Positions 8,883 through 21,294 of a stretch of 64,000 nucleotides of DNA are shown in pieces. A program made the translations under genes and the position numbers. Each line of letters begins with the position of its first letter. Position 1 is the stretch's first letter. The notes beneath the pieces are model-generated. The model saw only the letters and a program-made list of their open reading frames with translations, was not told where the DNA came from and ran no database searches. Source of the stretch: Methanocaldococcus indicus. Its GTDB lineage: Archaea > AGJL01 > Methanococci > Methanococcales > Methanocaldococcaceae. Location of the stretch: positions 544,001-608,000 of the forward strand of contig NZ_CP186926.1 of NCBI RefSeq assembly GCF_049554935.1, in the 5' to 3' direction.

Positions 8883-10823
8883 ATGAGATACTTGATAACA
8901 ACAGCTTTGGCTTATACTAATGGACCATTACATTTAGGGCATGTTAGAAGTACCTACATTCCAGCAGATATTCTATATAAATATTTAAAATTGAAGGGAG
9001 AAGATGTTATACATGTTGGAGGAACTGATAACCATGGTGTCCCAATTTTATTAAAAGCTGAAAAAGAAGGTAAAAATCCTGAGGAAATTGTTGAAAAGTA
9101 TCATAATGAAATAAAAAGGGATTTAGATAGCTTAAATATTGAGTTTGATGCCTTTGGGAAGACACACAGTCCTATACATATAAAAACTGCCCAAGAATTC
9201 TTTTTAAAACTTTTAGAAAATGGATATATTTATGAGAAAGAGATAGAGCAGTTTTACTGTGAAAGTTGTAAAAAGTTCCTACCTGATAGATATGTTGAAG
9301 GTATATGCCCATACTGTGGTGGAGAAGCAAGAGGAGACCATTGTGAAAGTTGTGGAAGACACTTAGAACCTTATGAATTAAAAGAAGTTAGATGTGTTTT
9401 ATGTGGAAATAAACCAGTAATAAAGAGAACAAAACACTACTTCTTTAAGTTATCTGCTTTAAAAGAGGAATTAGAGAATTATATAAAAAATTCCAAAGAA
9501 ATGCCAGAGCATGTAAAAAACTTAGCTTTAAATTGGATTAAAGAATTAAGAGATTGGGACGTTTCAAGAGATATTAGTTGGGGAGTTCCTATCCCAGGAA
9601 GTAATCAAGTTATGTATGTTTGGTTAGAAGCTCCAATAGGATATATAAGCTTTACAAAGATGTTGGGAGATATTTGGAAAAAGTATTGGTTAGAGGATTG
9701 TAAGATTTACCACTTTATTGGAAAAGATATAACTGTCCATCATGCTGTCTTTTGGCCAGGGATGTTAATAGCTCATGGCTCTTACAACTTACCAACAGCA
9801 GTAGTAAGTGGAGGATATTTAACATTAGAAGGAAAAAAGATGAGCACAAGTAAAAACTGGGTTATTTGGGTAAATGATTTTGTTAAATATATTGAGGGAG
9901 ATTATTTAAGATACTATTTAGTTATGGCAGCTCCTCTCTTTAAAGATTGTGACTTTTCATTTGATGATTTTAAAGCTAAAATAAACAATGAACTAATAAA
10001 CATTATTGGAAACTTTACACATAGAGTTTTAACATTCACACATAGAAAGTTTAAAGAGATTCCTATTGTTAATGAGGAAGAGTTAAAAGAAGAGGATAAG
10101 GGGTTTTTAAAGTTAATAAATAAGACAGTTGAAGATGTAGATAATTTAATTAGAACATTTAAATTTAGAGATGCATTAGTAAAAATCTTACATTTAGCAA
10201 GTGAAGGTAATACATACTTCCAAAAGATGGAGCCATGGAATATTAAAGATGATGAAAGATTAAAGCAAATACTATACTGCTGTTGTAAAGCTGTTAAAAC
10301 TATATCTTATCTACTATATTCCTACATGCCAAACAAATCTAAACAACTTTTAGAGTTAATGAATGAAGAATTAGATTTAAATTTGAGAGGAAATAAATTA
10401 AAAAAACCTAAAATTATATTTAAAAAGGTAGATGAAGAGGTTGAAAAATTAAAAAATCTCTTATACTCTAATAAAGATAATAATGGTGAAAAAATGGATT
10501 TAATAAGTATAGATGACTTTGCTAAGATTGATTTAAGAGTTGGAAAAATTATAGAAGCAGAAGATATTCCAAAATCTAAAAAATTGTTAAAAGTTATAGT
10601 TGATTTGGGTAATGAAAAGAGGCAAATTGTTGCTGGAATTAAAAACTACTATAAACCAGAGGAATTAATTGGAAAAAAAGTTATTATTGTTGCTAATTTA
10701 AAACCAGCTAAGTTGTGTGGAGTAAAATCTGAAGGAATGATTTTAGCAGCTGAAGATGATGAAGGTAATGTGAGCTTATTAACATTAGATAGAGATTTAA
10801 AAGAAGGTAGTAAAGTTAGATAA
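8883..10823 (+). CDS. metG: Methionine--tRNA ligase
   Basis: HLGH and KMSTS class I motifs, Zn knuckle, C-terminal tRNA-binding domain (SEGMILAA). Confidence 0.97.
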   Translation: MRYLITTALAYTNGPLHLGHVRSTYIPADILYKYLKLKGEDVIHVGGTDNHGVPILLKAEKEGKNPEEIVEKYHNEIKRDLDSLNIEFDAFGKTHSPIHIKTAQEFFLKLLENGYIYEKEIEQFYCESCKKFLPDRYVEGICPYCGGEARGDHCESCGRHLEPYELKEVRCVLCGNKPVIKRTKHYFFKLSALKEELENYIKNSKEMPEHVKNLALNWIKELRDWDVSRDISWGVPIPGSNQVMYVWLEAPIGYISFTKMLGDIWKKYWLEDCKIYHFIGKDITVHHAVFWPGMLIAHGSYNLPTAVVSGGYLTLEGKKMSTSKNWVIWVNDFVKYIEGDYLRYYLVMAAPLFKDCDFSFDDFKAKINNELINIIGNFTHRVLTFTHRKFKEIPIVNEEELKEEDKGFLKLINKTVEDVDNLIRTFKFRDALVKILHLASEGNTYFQKMEPWNIKDDERLKQILYCCCKAVKTISYLLYSYMPNKSKQLLELMNEELDLNLRGNKLKKPKIIFKKVDEEVEKLKNLLYSNKDNNGEKMDLISIDDFAKIDLRVGKIIEAEDIPKSKKLLKVIVDLGNEKRQIVAGIKNYYKPEELIGKKVIIVANLKPAKLCGVKSEGMILAAEDDEGNVSLLTLDRDLKEGSKVR

Positions 10824-10835
10824 TTTTTAATTATT

Positions 10836-12122
10836 TTATTCTTTTAATAGTTCTAACTCATCTTCATTTGGAATATACCTTATTATTTTGCTTCCTGGTT
10901 TTAGTGTATATAGAAGAGCTCTATCAGTATAGTTTAATATTAAATGCATTAATTCATCTCCTCTTATTCTCAAATGTCCTAATGAGCATGCTACTTCATT
11001 AAATTCATTAACTTCATCAACTCTCACATTCTTTCCATAAAACAGTATTGGGACAGATTCACCAGAATGGATTAAATTACCTCCTGAAGGTGTTGAGTGG
11101 TCAGCAGTAATTATTAGCAAGTCATCATCTCTTAATTTTAAATTTTTAAGAGATTTATCAATTTTTTCAATAACTTTAACTTTATTTATTGGATTTTTTG
11201 TATGTGCTGCCTCATCTGTCTCTTTTGTATGCAGATGTATAAAATCATAATTTAAATTAGGTATCATCTTCAATCCTTCCTCAAAACTACTAATCTTTAT
11301 AAAATCAAAGCCCAAATATTTTGCTAAACCCCTAAATAATGAGCTTTCAGCTAATATAACACCTTTCATCCCCCATTTTTCTTTAAAACTTTCAACTTTT
11401 TTATATCTTGATGACCATTTTGTTAATAAAAAATTGGCTGGCATTTTATTACTCCTAATTCTTAAAACATTAATTCTATGATTTTTTAGAATTTTATAAA
11501 CTTTAATTAGATATTTATTTAAGACTTTTGCTGTTTCTTTTGCTTTTTTTAGTTCATCTACATTTTTACATAGTTCCTTAATTGGCTGAACTTTTAAAAC
11601 ATGTCTATTTTTATAAAACGGGTCTGAATCAGAAATTTTTTCAGAGATAAAATTATTTTTTTCAGATATTTTTAAAATAAAATGCACATCAAAAGAATAG
11701 TATAATTCAAATTTATATCCATCTAAGTATGTAGGAAAATCATTTATTAACTTCTCAATTTCCTCCTTCTCTATATTTTTTGTTCTTCTATCTAAAACAA
11801 GAAATCCTTTTTCATCTTCTTTAACATAGCCTAATGAAGCTCTCAAATATATTGCATTCTCATCAATATCGATATCCTCTCCCAAAGCTTCAATAACTCC
11901 TCTACCAGGAAAATCCTCTATTTTATAGCCCCAAAGTAAAAAATGAGCAATCTCTGTTCCTAAAGGAACTCCTTCTTTGTAAGGTATGTATAAGCCACAC
12001 ATACCTTTTTTAGCTAAGTTATCTAAATTTGGAGTTTTTGCATATTGTAGAGGTGTCTTATTATCTAAAATTTCAAATGCTCTATCCCCTAATCCATCCA
12101 ATAAAATTACTATTGCTCTCAT
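10836..12122 (-). CDS. apgM: Cofactor-independent phosphoglycerate mutase (archaeal ApgM family)
   Basis: LDGLGD, KTPLQYAKTPNLD, DEAAH, ITADHSTP and HSGESVP alkaline-phosphatase-superfamily metal ligands. Confidence 0.85.
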   Translation of the reverse strand: MRAIVILLDGLGDRAFEILDNKTPLQYAKTPNLDNLAKKGMCGLYIPYKEGVPLGTEIAHFLLWGYKIEDFPGRGVIEALGEDIDIDENAIYLRASLGYVKEDEKGFLVLDRRTKNIEKEEIEKLINDFPTYLDGYKFELYYSFDVHFILKISEKNNFISEKISDSDPFYKNRHVLKVQPIKELCKNVDELKKAKETAKVLNKYLIKVYKILKNHRINVLRIRSNKMPANFLLTKWSSRYKKVESFKEKWGMKGVILAESSLFRGLAKYLGFDFIKISSFEEGLKMIPNLNYDFIHLHTKETDEAAHTKNPINKVKVIEKIDKSLKNLKLRDDDLLIITADHSTPSGGNLIHSGESVPILFYGKNVRVDEVNEFNEVACSLGHLRIRGDELMHLILNYTDRALLYTLKPGSKIIRYIPNEDELELLKE

Positions 12123-12163
12123 TATTATCTTACATATAATTATTTTTTTATAATTATATTTAA

Positions 12164-12997
12164 CTATATTATATAATTTTTTGTTATTTCAATATAGTTG
12201 AAGTTTCCTTTATATCCCTCTTTAACTATATCTATTGAGGAAGGTATTATATATTCATTTAAAAATTTAACAACTTTATCCTTCTCATAAATAACTTTTC
12301 CATCTACATCTCTATAATTCTTACTAAAAACACATGAAAACTGTTTTTTTCCTTGCTCCCAATCCTCACCAACTATCTCTTTTATTTTCTTACCTTCTTT
12401 AATATTAACTATTGGCATTAACAAATTGATATTAAATTCTTCACAAATCTTTTTATAAGCTGTTAAAACTTCTTCTGTTTGGTCAATTTTAAAATCATTG
12501 TCATGGAACAACCTTTCTCCACATATAATTTTATTACCTAACTGTCTTGCTAATGGAATTCTTAAAATTCTTAGATAAGAATGACAACCTATACATGGTG
12601 TATAAAATCCATATTTTTTTATTAAGAGAGCTATCCATCTACCATTTAATGCATGCCAGAGTTCTGGCTCAAACATAAAATGTAAAGGTAATAAAATACT
12701 ATCTTTGTTAATCTCTCTCATCCTTTTATATGTTGTCTCCCAATTTTTGTAGAATATATTTATATCTCCATAATCAGTCCCAGTAAATCCAACAATTGGT
12801 AAAACAACATCAATATTGTAGTTTTCAATTGCTTTTATAATAGCTGCTGCACTATCTCTTCCTGAAAATTCACCAATAGCTATTTCACTAAATTTTATAT
12901 TATGCTCTTCAATTATTTTAATAGTTTCATTAGATAGCTCTAAACTATTAAATGATTTTTTAAAATCAATAAAATTATCAATATCCATGTTTATCAA
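12164..12997 (-). CDS. Hypothetical protein with PP-loop-like (EFSGRDS) and PCIGCH motifs
   Basis: 277-aa ORF. SGxDS follows a hydrophobic strand, and a CxxC motif is present. Function unknown. Confidence 0.6.
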   Translation of the reverse strand: MINMDIDNFIDFKKSFNSLELSNETIKIIEEHNIKFSEIAIGEFSGRDSAAAIIKAIENYNIDVVLPIVGFTGTDYGDINIFYKNWETTYKRMREINKDSILLPLHFMFEPELWHALNGRWIALLIKKYGFYTPCIGCHSYLRILRIPLARQLGNKIICGERLFHDNDFKIDQTEEVLTAYKKICEEFNINLLMPIVNIKEGKKIKEIVGEDWEQGKKQFSCVFSKNYRDVDGKVIYEKDKVVKFLNEYIIPSSIDIVKEGYKGNFNYIEITKNYII

Positions 12998-13665
12998 ATT
13001 TTTTCACCAATAAATTGTTTTATGTATCCTCTAATCATTTTTTCTGTATTTAATATTTCATCTATGTTCATAAGCTCTATTAAAAATATATTACACTTAA
13101 TATCTAATAGAGCATCCAATATTTTTTTAAGATTATTGAGATTTTTAGGAGGTAGATGTTTTCCATCTTTTTCAATTTCATAAATATGTGTGTTATATAC
13201 CCTATCAGAGCATATCTCCAAAAATTCTAATCTATCTTTATAGGGAATATGCCCAACATCATAAGTTATATAACAATCAACAATGTCAGCAATCTCTATT
13301 AAATTGTTTGGATTTGATGAAAATCCTACTCTTAAATTTTCAATACATAGCTTAATATTGTTTTTTTTGGCATACTCATTAATAATTTGTAAATTTTCTA
13401 TTAAATTATCTATATTTATATTTTTAACTCTTCCATTATGCAAATGTATTGTTAAATAGTCAGAACCTCTAATATTCATAATTATATTTTTTAAGATACT
13501 GATACTTTCTTTCTTATCTATATTTAAAATTGGAGCATGATATCCAATAATATTGTTATCTTTTACTATCTTTTGAGAAAAATGTAAGCCCCAATCCATA
13601 TATTTATTCCTTAAAAAAAATTCTTTTTTAGAACGCATGCAAGTTCCAATAATCATATTCATCAA
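12994..13665 (-). CDS. Xylose isomerase-like TIM-barrel protein (AP endonuclease 2 / sugar-phosphate isomerase fold)
   Basis: YHAP, TIHLH, LCIENL, TYDVGH, NTHIYE and HLPP metal-binding pattern. Confidence 0.75.
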   Translation of the reverse strand: MMNMIIGTCMRSKKEFFLRNKYMDWGLHFSQKIVKDNNIIGYHAPILNIDKKESISILKNIIMNIRGSDYLTIHLHNGRVKNINIDNLIENLQIINEYAKKNNIKLCIENLRVGFSSNPNNLIEIADIVDCYITYDVGHIPYKDRLEFLEICSDRVYNTHIYEIEKDGKHLPPKNLNNLKKILDALLDIKCNIFLIELMNIDEILNTEKMIRGYIKQFIGEKI

Positions 13666-13791
13666 AAATATTAATAAAAATTAAGAAATATAAGTATTGA
13701 TATTAAAATTTTTAATAGCAAATTAAACAAGTAAAAAATTATTAATAATTCAAAAATTAAATAAGATTAAAGAAGATAAAGCAAAATTTAG

Positions 13792-15710
<1,919 letters not shown>

Positions 15711-15714
15711 ATTT

Positions 15715-16125
15715 TTACCTATTCCATTTTTTTATATTTTTTATGATTTTGTTAATGTTCTTTTCTTTTTCTTTGTATATGTTATTTAAACTAACTATTG
15801 CATTTGTTGGACAAACATCTTCACATACTTTTTTGTCTAAACTTATACAGTTATCACATTTTATTGCTACTTTTTCTATTCTAATAGCTCCAAATGGACA
15901 AGCAAATGCACATAATCCACATCCTATACATCTATCTTCTAAAATTAAAACTGTTTCATCTTTTTTTACAATTGCATTTATAGGACAAGCTTTTAAACAT
16001 GGTGGATTTTTACAATGAAAACATTTTATTGGATAAGAATAAAAGTATATTGCATTTTTTGGACAAGATTGCTCACAAACTCTACATCTTACACATCTAC
16101 TATAATCTATCATAGCTATCATCAT
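15715..16125 (-). CDS. 4Fe-4S dicluster (polyferredoxin-like) protein
   Basis: [38 protein letters not shown] and CDNC...CEDVCP. Confidence 0.85.
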   Translation of the reverse strand: MMIAMIDYSRCVRCRVCEQSCPKNAIYFYSYPIKCFHCKNPPCLKACPINAIVKKDETVLILEDRCIGCGLCAFACPFGAIRIEKVAIKCDNCISLDKKVCEDVCPTNAIVSLNNIYKEKEKNINKIIKNIKKWNR

Positions 16126-16625
16126 TCTGAATTGATAAACTCTCTTAACTTATAAACAAGTCTTTTAAAATCTTCAAAATTATTTACTCTTAACTCTCTA
16201 TTTATAGGAAACTTTAAAATTATATCATCAAAAATATTAGTATTTTTTGGATATCTAATCATATAGTAGTATCTTGCTATACAGTTTATTCTATAATTTA
16301 TAATTTCACTTAAATAGTTTAAGCAAGTATTATCATTAACTAAACTCATGAAATTGCTCTTATCATCCTTTAAAAAAGCTATTCCCACCAATACTTTAAT
16401 TATATCAAAACTAATTAACTCATTACTTTCTTTCTGTTTTTTACTAATTTCATATAAGTAGATAGCTAACTCTCTAATATTTTCCCAAGGTAAATTTAAA
16501 TCAACTTCATCAATGTTAATATTCTCTTCTTTAACCTTCCATAATGGAAGTTTTCTGTCCTTATATTTTACTTCATACTCTAAACATAAGTTAAATAAAA
16601 TATCATAAACATCCATAATCTTCAC
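16122..16625 (-). CDS. Hypothetical protein
   Basis: 167-aa ORF overlapping both neighbours in a same-strand run. Confidence 0.65.
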   Translation of the reverse strand: MKIMDVYDILFNLCLEYEVKYKDRKLPLWKVKEENINIDEVDLNLPWENIRELAIYLYEISKKQKESNELISFDIIKVLVGIAFLKDDKSNFMSLVNDNTCLNYLSEIINYRINCIARYYYMIRYPKNTNIFDDIILKFPINRELRVNNFEDFKRLVYKLREFINSE

Positions 16626-17196
16626 TTAAAAAATTACTAATCATCTTTAATCCAAATTTTGGAAAGTCCATATTTTTAGATTTTGTTAAAATACTCTCTG
16701 GATGATATTGAACTCCCTCTATTGGAAGTTTTTTATGCCTAACACCCATAATATAGTTATCATCCAAACTTTTAGCAGTTATTTTTAACTCTTTTGGAAC
16801 TTCCTTAGCTATTAAAGAATGATATCTTCCCCCAAAAAATGGATTATCTAAATCTTTATATATCCCCTTTCCATCATGCTCTATTAAAGAAGATTTACCA
16901 TGCATTACTCTATCAGCTCTTCCAACAACTCCTCCAAAAGCTTCAACAATACATTGATGCCCTAAACATACTCCTAATATGGGTATATCTATTTCCTGTA
17001 TAATTCTTATACAATTTCCAGCCTCTTTTGGAGTTTTTGGTCCAGGGCTAATAATTATCCTATCAGGATTTATCTTTTTTATCTCTGAGAGAGTTATCTT
17101 ATTATCAACTAACTTAACCTTATGTCCTAATGTCCCAACATATTGAACTAAATTCCACACAAATGAATCAATATTATCAATAATTAATACTTTCAT
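16603..17196 (-). CDS. trpG: Anthranilate synthase component II (glutamine amidotransferase)
   Basis: IDNIDSFVWNL, ISPGP, LGVCLGHQ, RYHSL and QYHPES. Confidence 0.92.
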   Translation of the reverse strand: MKVLIIDNIDSFVWNLVQYVGTLGHKVKLVDNKITLSEIKKINPDRIIISPGPKTPKEAGNCIRIIQEIDIPILGVCLGHQCIVEAFGGVVGRADRVMHGKSSLIEHDGKGIYKDLDNPFFGGRYHSLIAKEVPKELKITAKSLDDNYIMGVRHKKLPIEGVQYHPESILTKSKNMDFPKFGLKMISNFLSEDYGCL

Positions 17197-17200
17197 AATT

Positions 17201-18322
17201 TCACATAAATAAATCTTTTATTATTTCCATAGCTTTTTCAATATCTTCATACTTTGTAGCATAACTAAACCTTATATATTTATCATCTCCAAAAGCTCTT
17301 CCTGGGACACATAATACACCATTTTGAATAATTTTTTTAGCTACTTCTTTTCCCTCACCATATTCAGAAACATCTGGGAAGATATAGAAAGTTCCTTCTG
17401 GCTTATAAACTTTAAATATTTCTTTTAAATTTTTATATATTAGGTTTCTTCTTCTCTCAAATTCCTTAACCATATCTTTAACACATTCTTGACTACATCT
17501 TAAAGCAGCTAATGCACCATACTGGGCAAAAGTAGTACAACAAGCAAAACCATACTGATGGATTTTTAGCATATTCTCAATTAAATTAAGCTCTTTATTG
17601 AGATTATCACTAACTGCTAAGTATCCTATTCTCCAACCAGTCATGGCATAAGTTTTTGAGAAACTATTTATTAAAATAGCTCTATCAGTAAATTGTAAAG
17701 GTGAATAGTGTTTTTTTTCATAAACTATTTTATCATAAACTTCATCAGATAAAATAATTAAATTATAATCCTCAGCTAAGTCACATAATGCCTTTATATC
17801 TTTCTTATCATAAACTTTACCAGTAGGATTTGTTGGAGAATTAAAAATAATTAATTTAGTTTTTTTGTCTATTTTTTCTTTTATATCTTCTATATCAAAA
17901 TTAAAGTTGTTATCTAAACCTATCTTTATAGGAATTCCCTCAGCTAATTTAATAAGTGAGAGATAAGAGACAAAATAAGGATTGAAGATGATAGCTTTCT
18001 CTCCTCTATCTAATAATGATAATATAGATAAAAGTAAAGATTCAGAAGCTCCACAAGTAACTATAATATTTTCTCTATCAATATCTAAGTTATAATCTAA
18101 CTTCAATTTTTTGCTAATCTCTTCTCTCAATTCTAAAATTCCTTTATTATGTGAATAATGTGTTTCTCCCCTATCTAAAGCTTTTTTTGCTTCCTCTACA
18201 ATATGTTTAGGTGTAGAAAAATCAGGCTCACCAATTCCCAAATTTATACTATCTGATTTAGCCAAATTAAAAATTTCCCTTATCTCAGATGGTTCTATAT
18301 TTTTTACCCTGTTAGCTATCAA
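17201..18322 (-). CDS. PLP-dependent class I/II aminotransferase (aspartate aminotransferase-like)
   Basis: LGIGEPDF, NSPTNPTG, SDEVY and SFSKTYAMTGWRIG. Confidence 0.92.
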   Translation of the reverse strand: MIANRVKNIEPSEIREIFNLAKSDSINLGIGEPDFSTPKHIVEEAKKALDRGETHYSHNKGILELREEISKKLKLDYNLDIDRENIIVTCGASESLLLSILSLLDRGEKAIIFNPYFVSYLSLIKLAEGIPIKIGLDNNFNFDIEDIKEKIDKKTKLIIFNSPTNPTGKVYDKKDIKALCDLAEDYNLIILSDEVYDKIVYEKKHYSPLQFTDRAILINSFSKTYAMTGWRIGYLAVSDNLNKELNLIENMLKIHQYGFACCTTFAQYGALAALRCSQECVKDMVKEFERRRNLIYKNLKEIFKVYKPEGTFYIFPDVSEYGEGKEVAKKIIQNGVLCVPGRAFGDDKYIRFSYATKYEDIEKAMEIIKDLFM

Positions 18323-18332
18323 TATATACCAC

Positions 18333-18896
18333 CTAAAAGATTAATCTCAATGAGATTATTAAATTTATAAACAGCAGAGTTAATGTAATATAGAGGACTA
18401 ACTTTATATTTTTAAGATTCTGTTTAATTTCAATTTGAGACTTAATAATATTTTTTATTTCATCAGATAATTTTTTAATATTTTCTTCATGTTCTTTTAA
18501 TTTTTGCTCTATTTGTGCCTGTTGTGCATTTATTGCATTTGAAGATTCTTTAAATGAACTTTTAATATTGTCTAGTTCATCCTTTAACTTTAAAAGGGAT
18601 TTATAAACATCTTCAAATGATTCATTTATGTTTTTAGATACTTTTAAGTAATCTTCAAGTTTTCTTTGTAGTTCAGCAAGTTCTTTTAATGATTTTGAAA
18701 TATTTTCATTAGTAATATTAAGTCCATAATGAGTTTCTGCAATGTAGCTATTTATCTCAGATATTAATGTGTTTATTTTATCTAAAATTTCCTCTACAAC
18801 CAAATCAAAATCTCTAATATTTTTATAATTTTTATCAAGTTCTAAAATTATCTGTTCAATCCAATTGTAATTGTCATTTTTTTTCATCATAACCAC
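18333..18896 (-). CDS. Hypothetical coiled-coil protein with a C-terminal transmembrane anchor
   Basis: Heptad-rich helical body; ends in the hydrophobic LVLYITLTLLFINLIISLRLIF. Confidence 0.7.
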   Translation of the reverse strand: MVMMKKNDNYNWIEQIILELDKNYKNIRDFDLVVEEILDKINTLISEINSYIAETHYGLNITNENISKSLKELAELQRKLEDYLKVSKNINESFEDVYKSLLKLKDELDNIKSSFKESSNAINAQQAQIEQKLKEHEENIKKLSDEIKNIIKSQIEIKQNLKNIKLVLYITLTLLFINLIISLRLIF

Positions 18897-19038
18897 TGGT
18901 TTTTATATTATTCAATAAACTAAAACTAATGGATAATATTTAAAAGCATATTTTATTTTTACTGATAATTTATAAATTCAAATTAGTTTAGAGGTAAAAT
19001 ATATATATTACTACTGTAAATTTTAATTTTTGTCTTTT

Positions 19039-19155
19039 GGGGGTGTGGTGTAGCCTGGCCTATCATCGGGGACTCCAGTTACCTACAGGGTGCTGGACCA
19101 CCCCGTTGGTAGGAGAAATCCCCGGACCTGGGTTCAAATCCCAGCACCCCCACCA
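19039..19155 (+). tRNA. tRNA-Trp(CCA) with a 39-nt intron (19079-19117) at position 37/38
   Basis: Acceptor stem GGGGGTG/CACCCCC, encoded CCA, T-loop GTTCAAATC, anticodon stem GGGGA/TCCCC, anticodon CCA at 19075-19077. Bulge-helix-bulge motif: AGT bulge, CTCC/GGAG helix, AAA bulge. Confidence 0.95.
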
Positions 19156-19217
19156 ATTATTTATTTTTATACTACCATATATTAATCTATTTGCATAAAT
19201 TATAATTGGTGTTTATT

Positions 19218-19727
19218 TTGGAACTGGACATAATATTAAAAAATATCAAAAATCTTAAAAAAATTTTAGATTCTAAAGAAACAGATATCTTTATTAACAA
19301 AATATTATCTTCTAAAAGAATATTTATTTTTGGTATAGGTAGAAGTGGATACGTTGGAAGATGCTTTTTTATGAGATTAATGCATCTCAATTTTAATGTT
19401 TATTTTGTTTCTGAAGCTCCTGCTTTTAAAGAAGATGATTTATTGATAGTTATATCAAACACTGGAAAATGTGTAACAATAAAGACAATAATTGAAAAAG
19501 CTAAAAAAATTAGTAATAATATTGTTGTAATTACCTCCAAAAATAGTAAAATTAAAGATATATCCTTTTCTATTGTGTTAGATGTTGATAAAAATAATTA
19601 TCTTCCAATGGGTACAACTTTTGAACATACAGCTTTAATATACTTAGATTTGGTTATAGCTAAAATAATGAAAGTATTAAATAAGAGTGAGGAAGATATT
19701 ATAAAAGAGCATAACAATCTACTATAA
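19218..19727 (+). CDS. hxlB: 6-phospho-3-hexuloisomerase (SIS domain)
   Basis: IFGIGRSG, FFMRLMHL, DLLIVISNTG, PMGTTFE and C-terminal HNNL. Confidence 0.85.
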   Translation: MELDIILKNIKNLKKILDSKETDIFINKILSSKRIFIFGIGRSGYVGRCFFMRLMHLNFNVYFVSEAPAFKEDDLLIVISNTGKCVTIKTIIEKAKKISNNIVVITSKNSKIKDISFSIVLDVDKNNYLPMGTTFEHTALIYLDLVIAKIMKVLNKSEEDIIKEHNNLL

Positions 19728-19758
19728 ATGTAAGTTAATAAGTTTTTTGGTGTTAATT

Positions 19759-20844
19759 ATGAAATTTGGTTGGGTTTTAGTTGATGGTAAAAATTGGGAA
19801 GATAGGAAAGAGATTGTAAAGATGGCATTAGAAAGTTCAATTCCTGTTGTTGTTTGTAAGCCAGAAGATATAGAAAAAATAAAAGAACTTGGTAATATAA
19901 AAGTAGCTTCTCACAGTTTAGATGCTGATATTGTCTTAATTAATAAAAATGATAATATAGAATTTTTGAAAGAAGCAAAAGAGAAAGGTAAGGAGACAGC
20001 AGTATATATTCCAATTGAAGGGAAAGAAGATGAAGAACTTGCATCAGAAATTGCAAGATTTGGTTTTGTTGATTACATAATTATAGAGGGTAAGGATTGG
20101 ACAATAATTCCATTAGAGAACTTAATAGCTGATTTGTTCCATAGAGATGTTAAAATTGTTGCAAGTGTAAATAATATTGATGAAGCAAAAACAGCTTATG
20201 AAATCTTGGAGAAAGGAGTTGATGGAACTCTACTTTACCCTAAAAAATTGGAAGATATTAAAGAATTATCAAAACTAATTGATGACTTAAATAAAGAAAA
20301 AGTTCCATTAGATACAGCTACTATAACAAAAGTTGAACCAATAGGTAGTGGAGATAGAGTTTGTATTGACACCTGCTCATTAATGAAGATTGGAGAAGGT
20401 ATGTTAATAGGTTCTTATTCAAGAGCTTTATTCTTAGTGCATTCAGAAACTGTTGAAAATCCTTATGTTGAGACAAGACCATTTAGAGTAAATGCTGGAC
20501 CAGTTCATGCTTATATCTTAACTCCTGGAAATAAAACAAAGTATTTAAGTGAATTAAAAGCAGGAGATAAGGTTTTAATTGTAGATAAAGATGGAAATGC
20601 AAGAGAGGCAATAGTTGGAAGAGTAAAAATAGAAAGAAGACCTTTAATTTTAATTGAAGCAGATTATAAAGGAGATAAAATAAGAACTATTTTACAAAAT
20701 GCTGAAACAATTAGATTAGTTAATGAAAAAGGAGAGCCAGTTTCAGTTGTAGATTTAAAACCAGGAGATAAAGTTTTAGTAAAAATAGATGAAAATGCCA
20801 GACATTTTGGGATGGCTATCAAAGAGACAATTATAGAAAAATAA
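19759..20844 (+). CDS. aroB': 3-dehydroquinate synthase II (archaeal AroB')
   Basis: DWTIIPLENLIA, GDRVCIDTC, RPFRVNAG, ILQNAETI and ARHFG. Confidence 0.93.
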   Translation: MKFGWVLVDGKNWEDRKEIVKMALESSIPVVVCKPEDIEKIKELGNIKVASHSLDADIVLINKNDNIEFLKEAKEKGKETAVYIPIEGKEDEELASEIARFGFVDYIIIEGKDWTIIPLENLIADLFHRDVKIVASVNNIDEAKTAYEILEKGVDGTLLYPKKLEDIKELSKLIDDLNKEKVPLDTATITKVEPIGSGDRVCIDTCSLMKIGEGMLIGSYSRALFLVHSETVENPYVETRPFRVNAGPVHAYILTPGNKTKYLSELKAGDKVLIVDKDGNAREAIVGRVKIERRPLILIEADYKGDKIRTILQNAETIRLVNEKGEPVSVVDLKPGDKVLVKIDENARHFGMAIKETIIEK

Positions 20845-20863
20845 ATAAAAAAGGGGATATTAA

Positions 20864-21235
20864 ATGTTCAGAGTTTTTGGTAGATTAAAAGAGATTAAAG
20901 TTAAAAAGGAAGATATAAAAAAACATTTAAAGATAACAGGAGATGTTATAGTTGAGCCTATAATTGCAGATGAATCCAAGGAGATTAAAAAAGGAGACAT
21001 TATCCCAATAAAAATTAGAAAAATTAAGATACCTCCAAAATCTGTCATTATATTATGTCCTTATGCACTTAATAGACATGGACATGTCTTAGCTGTTGGT
21101 GAAGAGATTCCTCTACCTATAGATGTTGAAAGATGTGTTGATTTGGCTACATTTGTATGTGTATTAGATGGAGAGATAAAAGAAGGTGATGTATTAGGAA
21201 CTCTTTTAATATCCTCTGGAGATATTAAGGAGTAG
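20864..21235 (+). CDS. DUF22-like conserved archaeal protein
   Basis: IKIRKIKIPP...CPYALNRHGHV...DGEIKEGDVLG pattern. Confidence 0.6.
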   Translation: MFRVFGRLKEIKVKKEDIKKHLKITGDVIVEPIIADESKEIKKGDIIPIKIRKIKIPPKSVIILCPYALNRHGHVLAVGEEIPLPIDVERCVDLATFVCVLDGEIKEGDVLGTLLISSGDIKE

Positions 21236-21294
21236 CTTTTAATATAATAATTCAATACAATTTTTAAGTTATAAGAAGATGTAGGGAGATAGCA

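Noticed and set aside
16603-17196. trpG without a neighbouring trpE or other trp genes
   Set aside because: Scattered amino-acid biosynthesis genes are ordinary in Methanocaldococcus-like genomes.
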